Below, in pieces: positions 40,815 to 55,087 of a DNA stretch of 64,000 nucleotides. The DNA comes from Octopus sinensis. Taxonomy: Eukaryota. The translations under genes were made by a program, and so were the position numbers. Every line of letters starts with the position of its first letter. Within the stretch, counting starts at the first letter, position 1. Location: the NCBI RefSeq assembly GCF_006345805.1, contig NC_043007.1, forward strand, positions 38,688,001 through 38,752,000. The letters are read 5' to 3'. The notes under the pieces are model-generated. The model was not told the DNA's origin, searched no databases, and saw only the letters and a program-made list of their open reading frames with translations.

Positions 40815-43630
40815 TAAGCTGACCTTAAAACCATTGTCTTCAAAGTGACCCGGGCCCTTGACCTCAGTTTCTTCTGTTTCAGTAAATCCATTTTCTGTCT
40901 GATGTTCTCTTCTGTTTGTTGCAGTATTTCAACACCGTGCTGGGATACCCGTTGTAATAATGACATAACTTCATTGGTCTGAATAGTGACTGTGCTGCTT
41001 TCAGATGAAGCCTACAAAATATATATTTAGCAGCATTTCAAAAATTTTGAAGTTTGCTTCCCAACCACATGGTTCCGGGTTCAGTTCCACTGCATGGCAC
41101 CTTGGGCAAGTGTCTTCAACTATAGCCTTGGGCTGATCAGAGCCTTGTGAGTGGATTTGGTAGACGGAAACTGAAAGAAACCCGTCAAATATATGTATAT
41201 ATATGTGTGTGTGTGTGTGTTTGTGTGTCTGTGTTTGTCCCCCTAGCATTGCTTGACAACCAATGCTGGTGTGTTTATGTCCCCGTTACTTAGCGGTTCG
41301 ACAAAAGAGACCGATAGAATAAGTACTGGGCTTACAAAAGAATAAGTCCCGGGGTTGAGTTGCTCGATTAAAGGCGGTGCTGAAACAAGTAAAAAAAAAA
41401 ATCCTTTATGTGGCCTCTGAAACTGGTGGGAGGGAGGGAAGATGGTACCCTCAACTGGAGAGCTGGTCTGAATGTCTATATCTGAGTGGGCTCCACTGAC
41501 AGGTGGTGTTAAACCAGGCAAGAAATTAAGTCTAACATCTAAGCAGGTCCTGGTGGGATTTGAACTCAGAATGCAAAGAATCTGAACAAATATCACAAGG
41601 CATCTGGTACAATATTCTTACAGTTCTGCCAATTCACTGCTCTGGATTGGTACATTTTTATTGATCCTGTAAGGATGGATGAAAGGCAAATTTAACATCA
41701 GCAGGAGTTGAGCCTAGAGTAAGTATGAGCAACCATTATAGAAGGGTAGGCTATATGAGACATATCTCATCATCAATTAGGTTGCACAGCTAAAAAACAT
41801 TACTTTACTTGTGAAATTAGGGCATGCCATTCAGAAAGTCCTGCAGACTGCAGTTTGGTCATGGTTGGCCTAGAGCATGGAAAGTCAAAACAAATACTGC
41901 AAGATACACTCTCTGATCTGGTGGGAGGCAGAAGATATGTGCTAGTGTGGATATGCCTTCCATCTCCTGCCAGATCATCCTATCATTCTCATTTGATGTA
42001 GCAACTGCAGGCTGGAAGAGACCCCATGGCAGACCTTGCACCAGATGGCTGCACGTGATTAAGGAAGATCTTCAGAGGCTCAACATCATCCTGGAGGATG
42101 CAGAAGGGAGGGCACAGGACTGTCAGTGATGAGGGACACTGGTGGATCTGGTCTGCTCTACACACTATGATGTCTCCCTGACCTTTAACCTGATGACTTA
42201 AGCTGCATCAAGCAAGAATACAAGTGGGTGAGCAATCCTTTCTGATGCTCTAATGACTTTGTCAATTCACCATCTTTGATAGAGAAATATAGGGATAAGA
42301 AAACTGAAAGTCTGAAACAAATTTACCATTGTGTTTTGAGGTTTTTTCTGTCCCAGATATAATGTATTCAGAGAATGAGAAACGAGTTCTTTGATAACTG
42401 GACCATTTCTTGAATTCTGAAGACAACTGAAATAAATAAGAAATTTCAATGAGAAAAATCAGAAGGCATATAAGATATAACATTAAAGCTTTGAGAGTGG
42501 ATTTGGTAGATGGAAACTGAAAGAAGCATGTAGTATTCATTACATAGTCTTTGTATAGGTAGCATTTATAGGTAGTTAATAATAAACAACCATTCTCACA
42601 GAAATGATTGTCACATTAAGGAATATTGTCTTCATTCATTATTATTATTTGTTCTGCAATCAATGTACTGGAACTAGTTGTAATACAATTCTTGGATTTG
42701 CAGAATACTTGATTATTAATTGATTAGCTAATGGGAATGAACCTGGAACCATGTAGTTGGGAAGCAAGCTTCTCACCACACAGCCATGCCTGTGTGTAAT
42801 TTTGTCTTAATGTTACATGATGGCTGGAAATGAGCATCACAGTCATACAAGTGATGCTCTTCCATTCCAGTCTGTAAGAATATTGTACCAGATGCCTTGT
42901 GATATTTGTTTTGATTCTTTGCATTCTGAGATCAAATCCCATCATGACCTGCTTAGATGTTAGACTTAATTTCTTGCCTGGTTTAACACCACTTGTCAGT
43001 CCTTTGGGTACCTTTAGTGGAGCCCACTAAGATATAGACATTCAGACCAACTCTCCACTTCGAGGATAAAGGTGCTGAAATGCAGTTCAGGCAAGGAACT
43101 AAGCTGAATCACAAGACACCTGAAGAAAGCTGGAGTGTACACAGCCAAAATGTAGTGTAAGCAACAACCAGTTGAGGACACCACTCCGACAAATACATAA
43201 TATAAAATTCCTCATCTCAGAAATATAGAACTGGAAACAACTACATACAGAATTTTAATAGATAATTAAGCAATTGTCTGGTGCCATTTTACCTGATCAG
43301 TTCTGACTTACAGCTGTCGTTGAGCCAGGGAAACCTTAAACTATCAGCCACTTCAACTGTTTTTGCCATTATAGTGAACAGTGGTGATGGTGGTTGTTGT
43401 GAAGGTAGTGATGATGGTGTTTGCTGTTGTGACTCAACATCAAGGTGAGTAGCTTGGATTTCATTTGCTGCATTTAATCTGAAACTGAAAATAGACATTC
43501 ATGAATGAAGAATTAAAGAATAAATTTACATAGGCAAGTGTCTTCTACTATAGCCTTGGGCCGACCAATGCCTTGTGAGTGGATTTGGTAGATGGAAGCT
43601 GGAAGAAGCCTGTCGTATATATATATATAT

Positions 43631-43723
<93 letters not shown>

Positions 43724-44950
43724 ATATGTTTGTGTGTCTGAGTTTGTTTCTCCAACATTGCTTGTCAACCGATGCTGGTGTGTTTACATCCCCATAACTT
43801 AGTGGTTCGGCAAAAGGGACCGATAGAATAAGTACTAGGCTTACAAAGAATAAGCTCTGGGGTCGATTTGCTTGAGTAAAGGCGGTGCTCCAGCATGGCC
43901 ACAGTCAAATGACTGAAACAAGTAAAAGAAAGAATATGTGAGTGTTATTTGCCTGTTGTAGTTGTATTGTCATTGCTACTGGCTCTGCTGCCACTACCTC
44001 TGGTGTCTCTGCCACTGCTGATGCCACCACTTTGCTGGTATGGGTCAGATGGAAACTGTTGAGGCAGATTTTCTATGGCCCCTCTATGATCACAACAACA
44101 CAAATTTCACAACATGTGAAGTAAACACAGCAATGTCACTCAGCATACTGCCTCATGAAGGTCACTGTCAGCTCACACTGCACACGCAACCACATGCTGC
44201 CACCTGTTGGCAGGCTACAGAACTAATCCAGGAACTTCTTGATACCACCTTGTACAATGTTTCAGTGTGTAAGTGACTGAATATTCCACTTAAAATCCTT
44301 CTGAAGATTAAGTCAAGCACAATTTATATAATCCTCAGCACAATCAGCTTAACAGTGTGTAACAAAATTGAGCTTCAAGATACTAGTACTCAACAGGCTT
44401 TCACACAGTTTCTACTCAGAGCTATTTTATACACAATATTTGGTCTGACTTGAGGCTGTGTTCAAAGACATGCCCATTAAGTGCTCTTTGGGATCGGGTG
44501 TGGGACCTCATGATTGTGAAGTGGGCTTCTTAACCATTCAGCCATGCCTGCACTCCTGGCATGGCTGCATGGTTGGGAGGTTTGCTTCCCAGCTTCATGG
44601 TTTCAGGTTCAGTCCCACTGCAGAGCATCTTGAGTAGCTGTCTTCTACTACAGTCTTGGATAGATGAAAGCCATGTGGAAGGTTTTGGTAGATGGAAACT
44701 AAAACAAAACTAATATGTACACACACACGTGTGTGTGTGTGTGTATTTTCTCTGTAAATTGCTGAACTACAAGCATTGATGTAATTTCTCTTGAGTGCTA
44801 CTAAATGAAACAAAAAAGTATTTTGTTAGATTACCTGTTTTAATGAAACACACACATCTGTACACATATACACACGTGTGCGTGTTTGTGTGAGGATGTG
44901 TGTTTGTGTGTGAGCATACGTGTGTGTGTGTGTGTGTGAGCATACATGTG

Positions 44951-44981
<31 letters not shown>

Positions 44982-45600
44982 ATTTGTGTGTGTGGTGTGT
45001 GTGTGTGTTGTGTGTGTGTGTAAGCTTGAGAGGGTGAGGTATGAAAGATTATTTTCTAGAGATGTGCAGTGATGATGTATTTGTAGTGTTGGAACTTATT
45101 AGGCTTCCGACTGGAGGTGTTGAACTGTCAGTTGAAAACAACAGATGATTGCATTACTTACCATTCCACCATCAAATTGTTCAGCATTTCATTTGTTTCC
45201 TGCACATGGAAGGTAAGTGAAAATGTCTCTGCTACCTGACAGAGAAAACATAACACAAATAAATTGGTAAATAAATGCACTGTATGTAAGTATGAATGAA
45301 TGTATATGTATGTGCGTGTGTATGTGTGTGCATGTGTATATATATATATGTGGAGGCACATGGCTTAGTGGTTAGGGTGTCAGCATCATAATCATAAGAT
45401 TGTGGTTTCGATTTCTGGACCGGGCGATGCGTTGTGTTCTTGAGCAAAACACTTCATATCATGTTGCTCCAGTCTACTTAAGCTGGCAAAAATGAGTAAC
45501 GCTGTGATGAACTGGTGTCCCATCCAGCTGGGGAACACATATGCCATAGAAACCAGGAAACCAGGCCCATGAACTTGGCTAGGCTTTAAAAGGGCGCATT

Positions 45601-45641
<41 letters not shown>

Positions 45642-46885
45642 GATATAGATAAATAGATAGAGAAAGAAAGAAAGAGAGAAAGAGAGAGAGAGGGAGGAAA
45701 ATAAAAAAATAATAAGATAAATATGAGCAAATAAAAGAGATGGAATATTTAATTTGATTATTAACAAAATATGACATCACAAGGTTGCATTTACCACAAT
45801 AGATGCTAAATCAATCATGGGCAAATTGTGGCCTACAGGTATTTCTAAATGGCATGACCAACAGAAAATTACCTTGAAGTTTTTAGCACCTGATGATGAA
45901 CCATCTTTCATGCAGCCTGCTTCTCAAGAAAAAGGTTGCCCATGACTATGCTAAATATAAAAGGGTATATTTTGCCCATTTTTGGGTACTAGTTTTCTTC
46001 AGACAATCTAATTTCTACATACAACTTTGATCTTAGCCCTCCACTTATTTCATCTTCATTTGGTCCTCCATGCTTAAAACTTTGGTCTCCTTTTTTTTTT
46101 CTTGTCTCTTCCATTTTCTATTTATTTTCCTCTTTGTTCATCTGGCAACAAAAGCCAATGAGGGGAAAAAAAAACAACAGCCACAAAACATCAACAATTA
46201 TAATTGTTGTTTTGTGGCTGTTGTTTTTTCATGTTAATAATTATGTGAATAATAACATAGGCACACAGCCAATCATTTTGATAACATAGGCAAACAGCCC
46301 AACCATTTTGTAAGAGGATACAGTTGTTTATCAATGGCACTTTAAGCTCTGAGTTAAATCTCATCAAGTTTGACTGTGACCCCAATACATTTCCCACCCC
46401 CATCAATCTGTTGGGGTTGATAAAATAAGGACCTGTCACTTATAAGGGTCGATTTAAGTGAGGAAGTGAAAATGTCTCTGCTACCTGACAGAGAAAACAT
46501 AACAAATAAATTGGTAAATATATGTACTGTATGTAAGTATGAATGAATGTATGTGTATATGTATGTGCATGTGTATGTGTGTGCATGTGTGTATATATAT
46601 GTGTGTGTGTGTATCTGTCTGTATATGTGTGTGTGTCTGTGTGTGTGTATACATATATATAGATAAATAGATAGAGAGAGAAAGAGAGGTGGAGAGTGAA
46701 AGAGAGAGAGAAGAGAGTGAGTGAGAGAGAGAGAGAGAAATTGAAGTATAATTTACCTTGCATTTAGCTATGTTGACTGGATGGAATTGTGATTCATAGT
46801 CTGATACCGAGAAACCTTTAATTAGTTCTGTCTGTAGCTGAAATCAATTAAAAAAAAATATTGAAAAATAGTAATAGTTTGTTTT

Positions 46886-46926
<41 letters not shown>

Positions 46927-46987
46927 TACTACTACTACTACGACTACTACTACCACCACCACTACCACCACTACTATATATACACAC

Positions 46988-47072
<85 letters not shown>

Positions 47073-50000
47073 GAATTTGGTGCTATATCTAGACAAGAAT
47101 GTAGCTTTCCTACCTTCTGGAAATTAGCATCATTTGGTAGAAATTTGTATGCAAGATTAAGAGCAAGTCGTAGCAATGTCCAAGCTAGTACTCCTGAGAA
47201 ATTATCCAAGTCTACTTCACCATGGCTGACTCTGTCTCGAAGTCGAGGTCCTTCAGGATAGACAAATAAGTCATGAAGAAAATCCTGAAATGCAAAAAAT
47301 TAATTCAGGTCAAATCCTGCAACAGAAGAAACAAGTGGTGGTCTGTATCAGCATCAATTAGTTCAGTCCCTGGAGAATTTGATGCACTGCTATGTGTGTA
47401 GAGTTTATCACTCTGGGTCTTCTCTTTTATCTGAAGGTAAGGAAATGAGATAAAAGTCTTGCAGTTTTTGGTGGTTGTTGCTTAGGCTGATGTCAAGAAA
47501 ATAACTAATCAGAATATCTTTTATCTTTCACTTCTTTCAGTCACTGGGGCACCATCTTGAGGGGTTGAGTTGAACTAATTGACCCCAGTACTTTTTCTGT
47601 TGGCCTCTTTAGCCAAACTGCCAAGTTACAGGGACATAAAGAAATCAACACCAGTTGTTAAGCAGTGGTAGGAGACAAACATAAAACACACACACAAGAC
47701 AGGCTTCTTTCTGTTTCTGTCTACCAATTCCATTCTCAAGGCTTTGGTTGGCCTTTGGTTGGCTATAGTAGAAGACACTTTCTCAAGCTGTCATGCAGTG
47801 GGATTGAACCCAAGATCACATAGTTGGGAAGCAAGCTTCTTAACCATACAGCTAAGCATCTTATATATTTTTTTCTTTACTGTAGCGTGATGGTCTAAAT
47901 ATCTTATAGTACTTAGATTAATTATTTTATACCCTGAGTTCAAACCCCATCAGGGATTATCTTTGTCTTTCAACTTTTCATTGACTGGCATCAAGGACAG
48001 GAAGGCAATAGGGGGAGTTGATTGACATAGCACCATAAATCAGCAGAGCCTGGACACCGAGTAAGAGCATGCAGAATGGCTTCATCACTGAAACATATCT
48101 CAAACAGGCACTTTTAATGGCACATTGTCTCTGTACAGTTTATATTGAACTGATGGCATCCCGGTACTTGATTGGTGCTTATTTCATTGACCCTGAAAGG
48201 ACGAAAGGCAAAGTTGAACTTGGCCTTATTTGAGTTCAGAATGTTAAGAGCTGGAAGAAATGCTGCTTGTCCAATGCACTAACAATTTTGTTGGCTCTCC
48301 ACCTTAACAACAGCAGTAGCAGCTACAAAAACAACAAAAACAGCAGCAGTAACAACAACAACAAAAACAGCAGCAGCAGCAGCTGGTCAAGAGTTTGGAC
48401 CTGGAGATCTCCATTTCCAGCCACTTCGAGGGCCACCTCCCAGTGGTGTCGGGTGTCAACGAAGAGCCCTCGACTACAACAAAATGACCAAAGTTTTTTT
48501 TTTCCCAAGGTCTGGGGTCTCCCGCCCCTTAAGCCCTAGACCATTACCTAATCACCCTTACCCATCTTGTTGCTTAACAACAACAACAAGTAGCAGCAGC
48601 AATAGTTACCATCAATGTTGAGCCCAAAATGTGTTTCAGATTATTTTCTTCTCCATCAGACAAATATTTCGATAGAATCTAAAATAAACAAAAAAAAAAA
48701 GAAAACGTGAGCATAAGGTAAAAAAAAAAAAGTACTTTTATCTGAATACATCCAGCAACAGAATCATTTCCAAAATGCAGAATTTAGAGTTGAAGCTGAC
48801 CAAATCAATTCTTAGTGGATTGACAGTTCCCATCCTATCATTGCTGCTGCTGTATGTCTGGTATCATAACAGTAGCATAACAGTTTTGTGTTTTGAGTTT
48901 ATTGTTTGTAAGAGACTCAGAGCCTCGATTGAGAATGAACTATGGAACTAAAGTAAGAGGTTTAATACCTCGTATTGTTTTTACTGTGTAAAAAAAAAAG
49001 AATAATGTTTTAGAGAAGCAAAAAATCAGTGGGCGTTTTTGTCTTTTCCCATCAATATCATCCTTTTACATCATTCATCTCATCAATGTTTTTGTCCAGC
49101 CTGCAAGCTACTCCCTCTGTGTTATGCCCTTATGGCAAAAATTTGAAATAAAATAGCATATTCGTCTGAGCATGGAGAAAGTAGCTTATGTGATCAAATT
49201 TATCTTTCATCTTTTAGGAGGTGATAAAATAAAGTACCTGTCAAGTACTGGGATCAATTTAACCCTTTAGTGTTTAAACTGGCCATATCCGGCCCAAATA
49301 TTCTGTATGTTTTATATTCAAACTGGCGATATCTAGTCTCTCACACCTAACCTACATTGATATTCTAAAAATAAACAATCACATCATTGAAACCTCAAAG
49401 CTATAAGATAATGCATGATTAATTCAAAACAGTTTGAGTGAAAAAATATCACATTTAACAGAGTAATCTGAACACTAAAGGGTTAACTGAGTAACCTTCT
49501 CCCTCTAATATCGGTGGCCTTGTGCTAAAATGAGAAAAATTATTATTACTATTATAACTAAGGCAGTGAGCTGGCAGAATTGTTAGCACACTGGATGAAA
49601 TGATTAACAATATGTCACCCATTGCTATGTTCTGAGTTCAAATTCCGCTGAGGTTGACCTGCCTTTCACCCTTTCAATGGCCAATAAATTAAGTACCAGT
49701 GAAACACAAGTCAGTGTAATCGACTAGTACCTATTTCTTTATTACCCACAAGGGGCTAAACACAGAGGGGACAAACAAGGACAGACATAGGTATTAAGTC
49801 GATTATATCGACCCCAGTGCGTAACTGGTACTTAATTTATCGACCCCGAAAGGATGAAAGGCAAAGTCGACCTCGGCGGAATTTGAACTCACAACGTAAT
49901 GCAGACGAAATACCGCTAAGCATTTCGCCCGGCGTGCTAACGTTTCTGCCAGCTCGCCGCCGTAATCGACTAGTGCCCTTCCACCAAATTTCAGGCCTTG

Positions 50001-53000
50001 TGCCTTTAGTAGAAAGGATTATTATTGTAATTAAGGCGGTGAGCTGGCAGAGTTATTGGCACATCAGACAAAATTGCTTAGTGGCATTTCTTCTAGCTCT
50101 TTATGAACTGAATTCAAATGTTGTCACGGTCAGCTTTGCTCTTTCATCCTTCCAGGATTGATAAAATAAAGTACCAGTCGAGTACTAAGGTCAATGTAAT
50201 TGACTAAACCCTTGTCTGAAATTGTTGGCCTCGTGCCAAGATTTGAAACCATTATTTAACTTCCAATCAGTTAAAATCAGAAGCCATGAGAGCCACTGCC
50301 TGGTACTGCATCTGGGCATTTATTCATCATCATCATTATCATTGTTTAACGTCCGCTTTCCATGCTAGCATGGGTTGGACGATTTCAGAATCATCATCAT
50401 CATCATCATCATCACCACCTCCACCACCACCTCCACCACCACCACCACCACCACCACCACCATCACAACAACAACAACCACAACAACAACAACCACAACT
50501 ATGACCACCAACGCCGCCGCAACAACAACCACAACTATGACCACCAGTGCCGCCACTTCCGCTTCCGCCGCCGCCGCTTCTGCTGCCGCCGCTTCCGCCA
50601 CCGCCGTCACCAACAAAACCACCACCGCTGCCACCGCCACCATGGCACTGAGCTGGCACACTGGGTAAAATGCTTGGCAGCATTTTGTCTGTCTTTGCAT
50701 TCTGAGTTCAAATTCTGCTGAGGTTGACTGTTGGGGATCGATAAAATAAGTACAAGTTGAACACTGGGGTCACTGTAATCGATTTACCCACTTCCCCTAA
50801 ACTTACTGGCCTTGTACCTCTAATTGAAAAAGGATATTATTAATATTGTTATAATTATTATTATTAGTAGTTCATCATTCTATGAAAAATGATAAAAAGT
50901 AAGAAGATAAGCATGCAGTGAAGAAACCAAGACAGAGTAAAATAACAAGATCTTACCTCATTAAGGGTAGTATATAGGACATCTGACTGAAAATAAACAA
51001 AATTGAATAAATACTAATTTTATATAAGATTTTCATGGTACAAAATCTATTTATCTATATGAGAAAATACCTATTTTATACAATTTACAGCACAAGTTTG
51101 CTGGCTTAGTAAGTGTTCATCTAAGTTTTATACTACAACCCAAATATTTCAGTTTATCACAGCATTATAGAAATTGGTGATGTTTTAATAACTCAGTATC
51201 ATGTAAGGTAATAGGGTGGCCAGCTGGCAGAATAATAATAATAATAATATAATAATAATAATAATAATATAATAATAATAATAATGAAATTATTGTATAC
51301 AGTGCTCAGGTGCACCACAACTTGTCAAAAGTGCATATAAAGCATATGCAGTAGTGTACAAATGTCTGGGAAGTGAACAGTGTATGAGTCAGATACATGC
51401 TTGCGTGTGTATGGTGGGGAGAAATCAGGTGTAGTGTTGGCGAATCTCAGGAAGCATGGAAGTTTTAAAGGATGCAGTACTCCGAGAACTGTTGGTCATC
51501 TGGAATTCCCTCTTTACATTCATTTTTGACAGAGCCATCAGTTTGCAGCTTTTCAATATGAACATAAACCATGTTGCTCTCATTAATCTCAGAGTGTTGT
51601 GAAGGCCAAGGGCACAGCCCTTTCCTCTGGACCAAACAAATAATTTAAAAAGTCCAAAATACCTGACTTACTTAGACTGAGGTCTGTCATGAGCCCTAGG
51701 ACTCATGAGGCCAAAGCTTAATCCAGGTTTCCACGGTGCCTAAGTGACTGAAGTTACAATGCTCCCTCTCCCTAAACAAGATGCTGGTCTTCTGCAAGAT
51801 TAACTGCTGGAACTCATTTACAGTTGTGTGGACTGGAGCAACATCAAATGAAGTGTTTTTCCCAAGAATACAAAGCACCGCCTGGTCTAGGAATTGAAAC
51901 CATGATTTTGTGATCACGAGTGCAACACTCTAACCACTAGGCCAAGAACCCTCACAAATTAGCAGTAAAAAATATCAATGAAAGAATAAAAGGGAGGAAA
52001 ACAAAATCCAATCTGCTCTTTTTTATATTAAAAAATGAACAACACATGAGAAATGTTACCTCAGCAGTGAGCATCCTGTGGCTGCAGTTATTGGCAGAAC
52101 AGAATATGCACCTAAGTGCACTTTCAATCTGGGGTAGAAGTAGCACAACAAACCAACCATATCTATAATATACAAGTTGATAAAAAAAAAAATCATGACA
52201 AGGAAAATGATGATAATGTGGTGGTGCAGTTGGTCATGATAAAGATGATGGTGATGCGGTCAGTGGTGATAATGACGATGGTGGTGATGGTGATAATGAT
52301 GGTAGTAGGAATGGTGTTGGTGGTGATAACGATAATGGTAGGAATGGCATTGGTCGTGATAATGATGATGTTGGTGGTGGTGATAATGCTGGTGGTGATA
52401 ACGCTAGTGGTGATAATGCTGGTGGTAGGGGTAGTATTGGGGATGATGATGATAATGATGATGGTAGTGTCGGTGGGGATAATGATAATGATGATTTATC
52501 CATCTTCACACCCAGATCTACCTCATACACCAAACTCCCCTCCTCCATTTATTACTCCTACAGAAATAGTTAAAAGTTGGCTGTTAGTCCAATGTCTATG
52601 TATCTTTAACTCACCTTTGTTGTTGGTAGAAATGAAGGCATTTACTCCATACAACCTGGTGTGATGTCGGGATCATAGAAGTATTTCTAAATATATCAGA
52701 GTATAGATCCTCACTGTTCTTGGACTTATTACCTAACAATAAATGAATAACAAAAATATTACATAAATAACGAAATATTAACTCTTTAGCATTCAAACAT
52801 CCCTGTCAAATGAAATATTTATTTATTCACATTGTTTTGAATTAATCATGCATTGCCTTGTTGCTCTGAGATTTTGATGATGTGACTGCTTATTTTTAGA
52901 ATAACATTGTAGCATAGGTGTGAGAGGCCAGATCTAGCTGATTTGAACATAAAGCAGATAGAGCATTTTGGCCGCATATGGCTGGTCTAAATGCTGAAGG

Positions 53001-55039
53001 GTTAAAAAAACATGACTATGTTTTTTTTAGAGCGGCTGTGTGGTAAGTAGTTTGCCTACCAGCCACATGGTTCTGGGTTCAGTCCTGCTGCATGGCATCT
53101 TGGGCAAGTGTCTTCTACTATAGCCTCGGGCCGACCAAAGCCTTGTTAGTGGATTTGGTAGATGGAAACTGAAAGAAACTCATTGTATATATGTATATAT
53201 ATATATGTATGAGTGTTTATGTTTGTGTGTCTGTGTTTGTCCCCTCACATCGCTTGACAATTGGTGCTAGTGTGTTTACGTCCCTGTAACTTAGCGGTTC
53301 GGAAAAAGAGACCGATAGGCTTACAAAGAATAAGTCCTGGGGTTGATTTGCTCGACTAAAGGTGGTGCTCCAGCATGGCCGCAGTCAAATGACTGAAACA
53401 AGTAAAAGAGTAAAATAGTAAAAGAGAGAAGAGGAAGGACCTTGTTAAACTTGTGGAAGGCATTATTTTTGTTGGCACCAAAACAACTGTTCCAAAATGT
53501 TTCATACAAAACAAAAGACCTGATCTGATGGTAATATTCAATTTATAACTTTCTGCATAATTAATTTCACCATTAGTGTGCATATTTACAATATTTATAT
53601 TTATGTTTCAGTCTCTTCGATATTCAGCGAAATTTGTTGTTCTGTTTTGTTGAAAATATGGTGTGGTTTTAAGTAAAAAAAAAAAAAAAGAGTAAAGATC
53701 CCCTTCAGTCATGAATGATCATAGGATTGCATCTAGAAAGTTATCCTCCAAGGTACAAGTTCAGACAAGGCTGTTTATGGAAGGCCAGCTGTTGCCCATG
53801 CATACCAGCCTCCCCTCTCCACACCATTGATGTAATCCAAAGAAAAGGCAAAGGCCGATACAGCTTGGCACCAGTGACATCACAACTCATTTCTACAGCT
53901 GAGTGAACTGCAGCAACATGAAATAAAGTGTCTTGCCCAAGAACACAACACACAGCCTGGTCCGAGAATTGAACTCACTACCTCATGATTGTGAGTCTGA
54001 CGCTCTAACTACTGAGCCATGCACCTTCATGCAGCCATGCTTGCACCTATTTAGTTATATAAAAATTATACATACAGGTTTGACCACAACTGGTATAAGA
54101 AGACTGGGTATAAGAGAGATCAGTTGTAATGTTTTATAGAGATGACTGTATTGACATAGACATGTAATGCATATGGATGATGACAGATAGGCAAAGATGT
54201 GCTAGAATATCTATGAAGAAGGAAGGAATACCAAGGAAAACAAGCAAAAGTAGTGAAAGCTGATCTCAGAATATTGAACCTCACACAGAAAATAAGTGGA
54301 GGCATATGGCCTAGTGGTTAGAGCAGCAGACTCGCGGTCGAGGGATCGTGGGTTCGAATTTCAGACCGGGTGATGTGTATGTTTATGAGCGAAACACCTA
54401 AGCTCCGGCAGAAGGTAATGGCGAACTTCTGCTGATTCTTTCGCCACAACTTTCTCTAACTCTTTCCTCCTGCATCTTGCAACTCACCTGCGACGAACCA
54501 GCGTCCCATCCAGGTGGGGAACCTATACGCCAAGGAAACCGGGAAACCGGCCCTTATGAGGCAGGCGTGGCTTGAGAAGGAACAAACAACACAGAAAATA
54601 ACAAAGGAATGCTACAAGTGACAGTATGAAAAACTGGACACCAACGGGGGTCCAGTTTTTTCAGTCTTTGGCTTCTCGGATGTATTCCATAAAACATAAA
54701 TTACACAGAATATATAAAGACAAAATTACCATAAGAAGTTTTGCTCTGCAACTCAGTTGTTTATAAAGCTCACTCACCTGGTAGCAGATGACTTAGTAAT
54801 TTGATATGGTGTGAGAAATCAACAGGTTGTCGGTGTGTGATGGCCACATCAATAGATGACATCACGTAGCCAAGACTAGGAGCTAAGACCATCAGGAAGT
54901 AGACATATCTTAAGAAAGCAAGAGAAAAAGAAACAAATATAAATAAATACATAAATAAAATTATATATATTTGGTTACGTTGCATAAATAGTTAAACTGT
55001 CCAACCTATGGAAACATGTTAATCGATGATGATGATATA

Positions 55040-55087
<48 letters not shown>

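Noticed and set aside
47309-47436. Plus-strand open stretch ending GAAG|gtaagg, antisense to ERMARD
   Set aside because: Poor acceptor, no partner exons and no homology.
54300-54372. tRNA gene-like sequences (also at 45355 and 55558)
   Set aside because: They lack an acceptor stem and continue into SINE bodies, so they are SINE heads and not tRNA genes.
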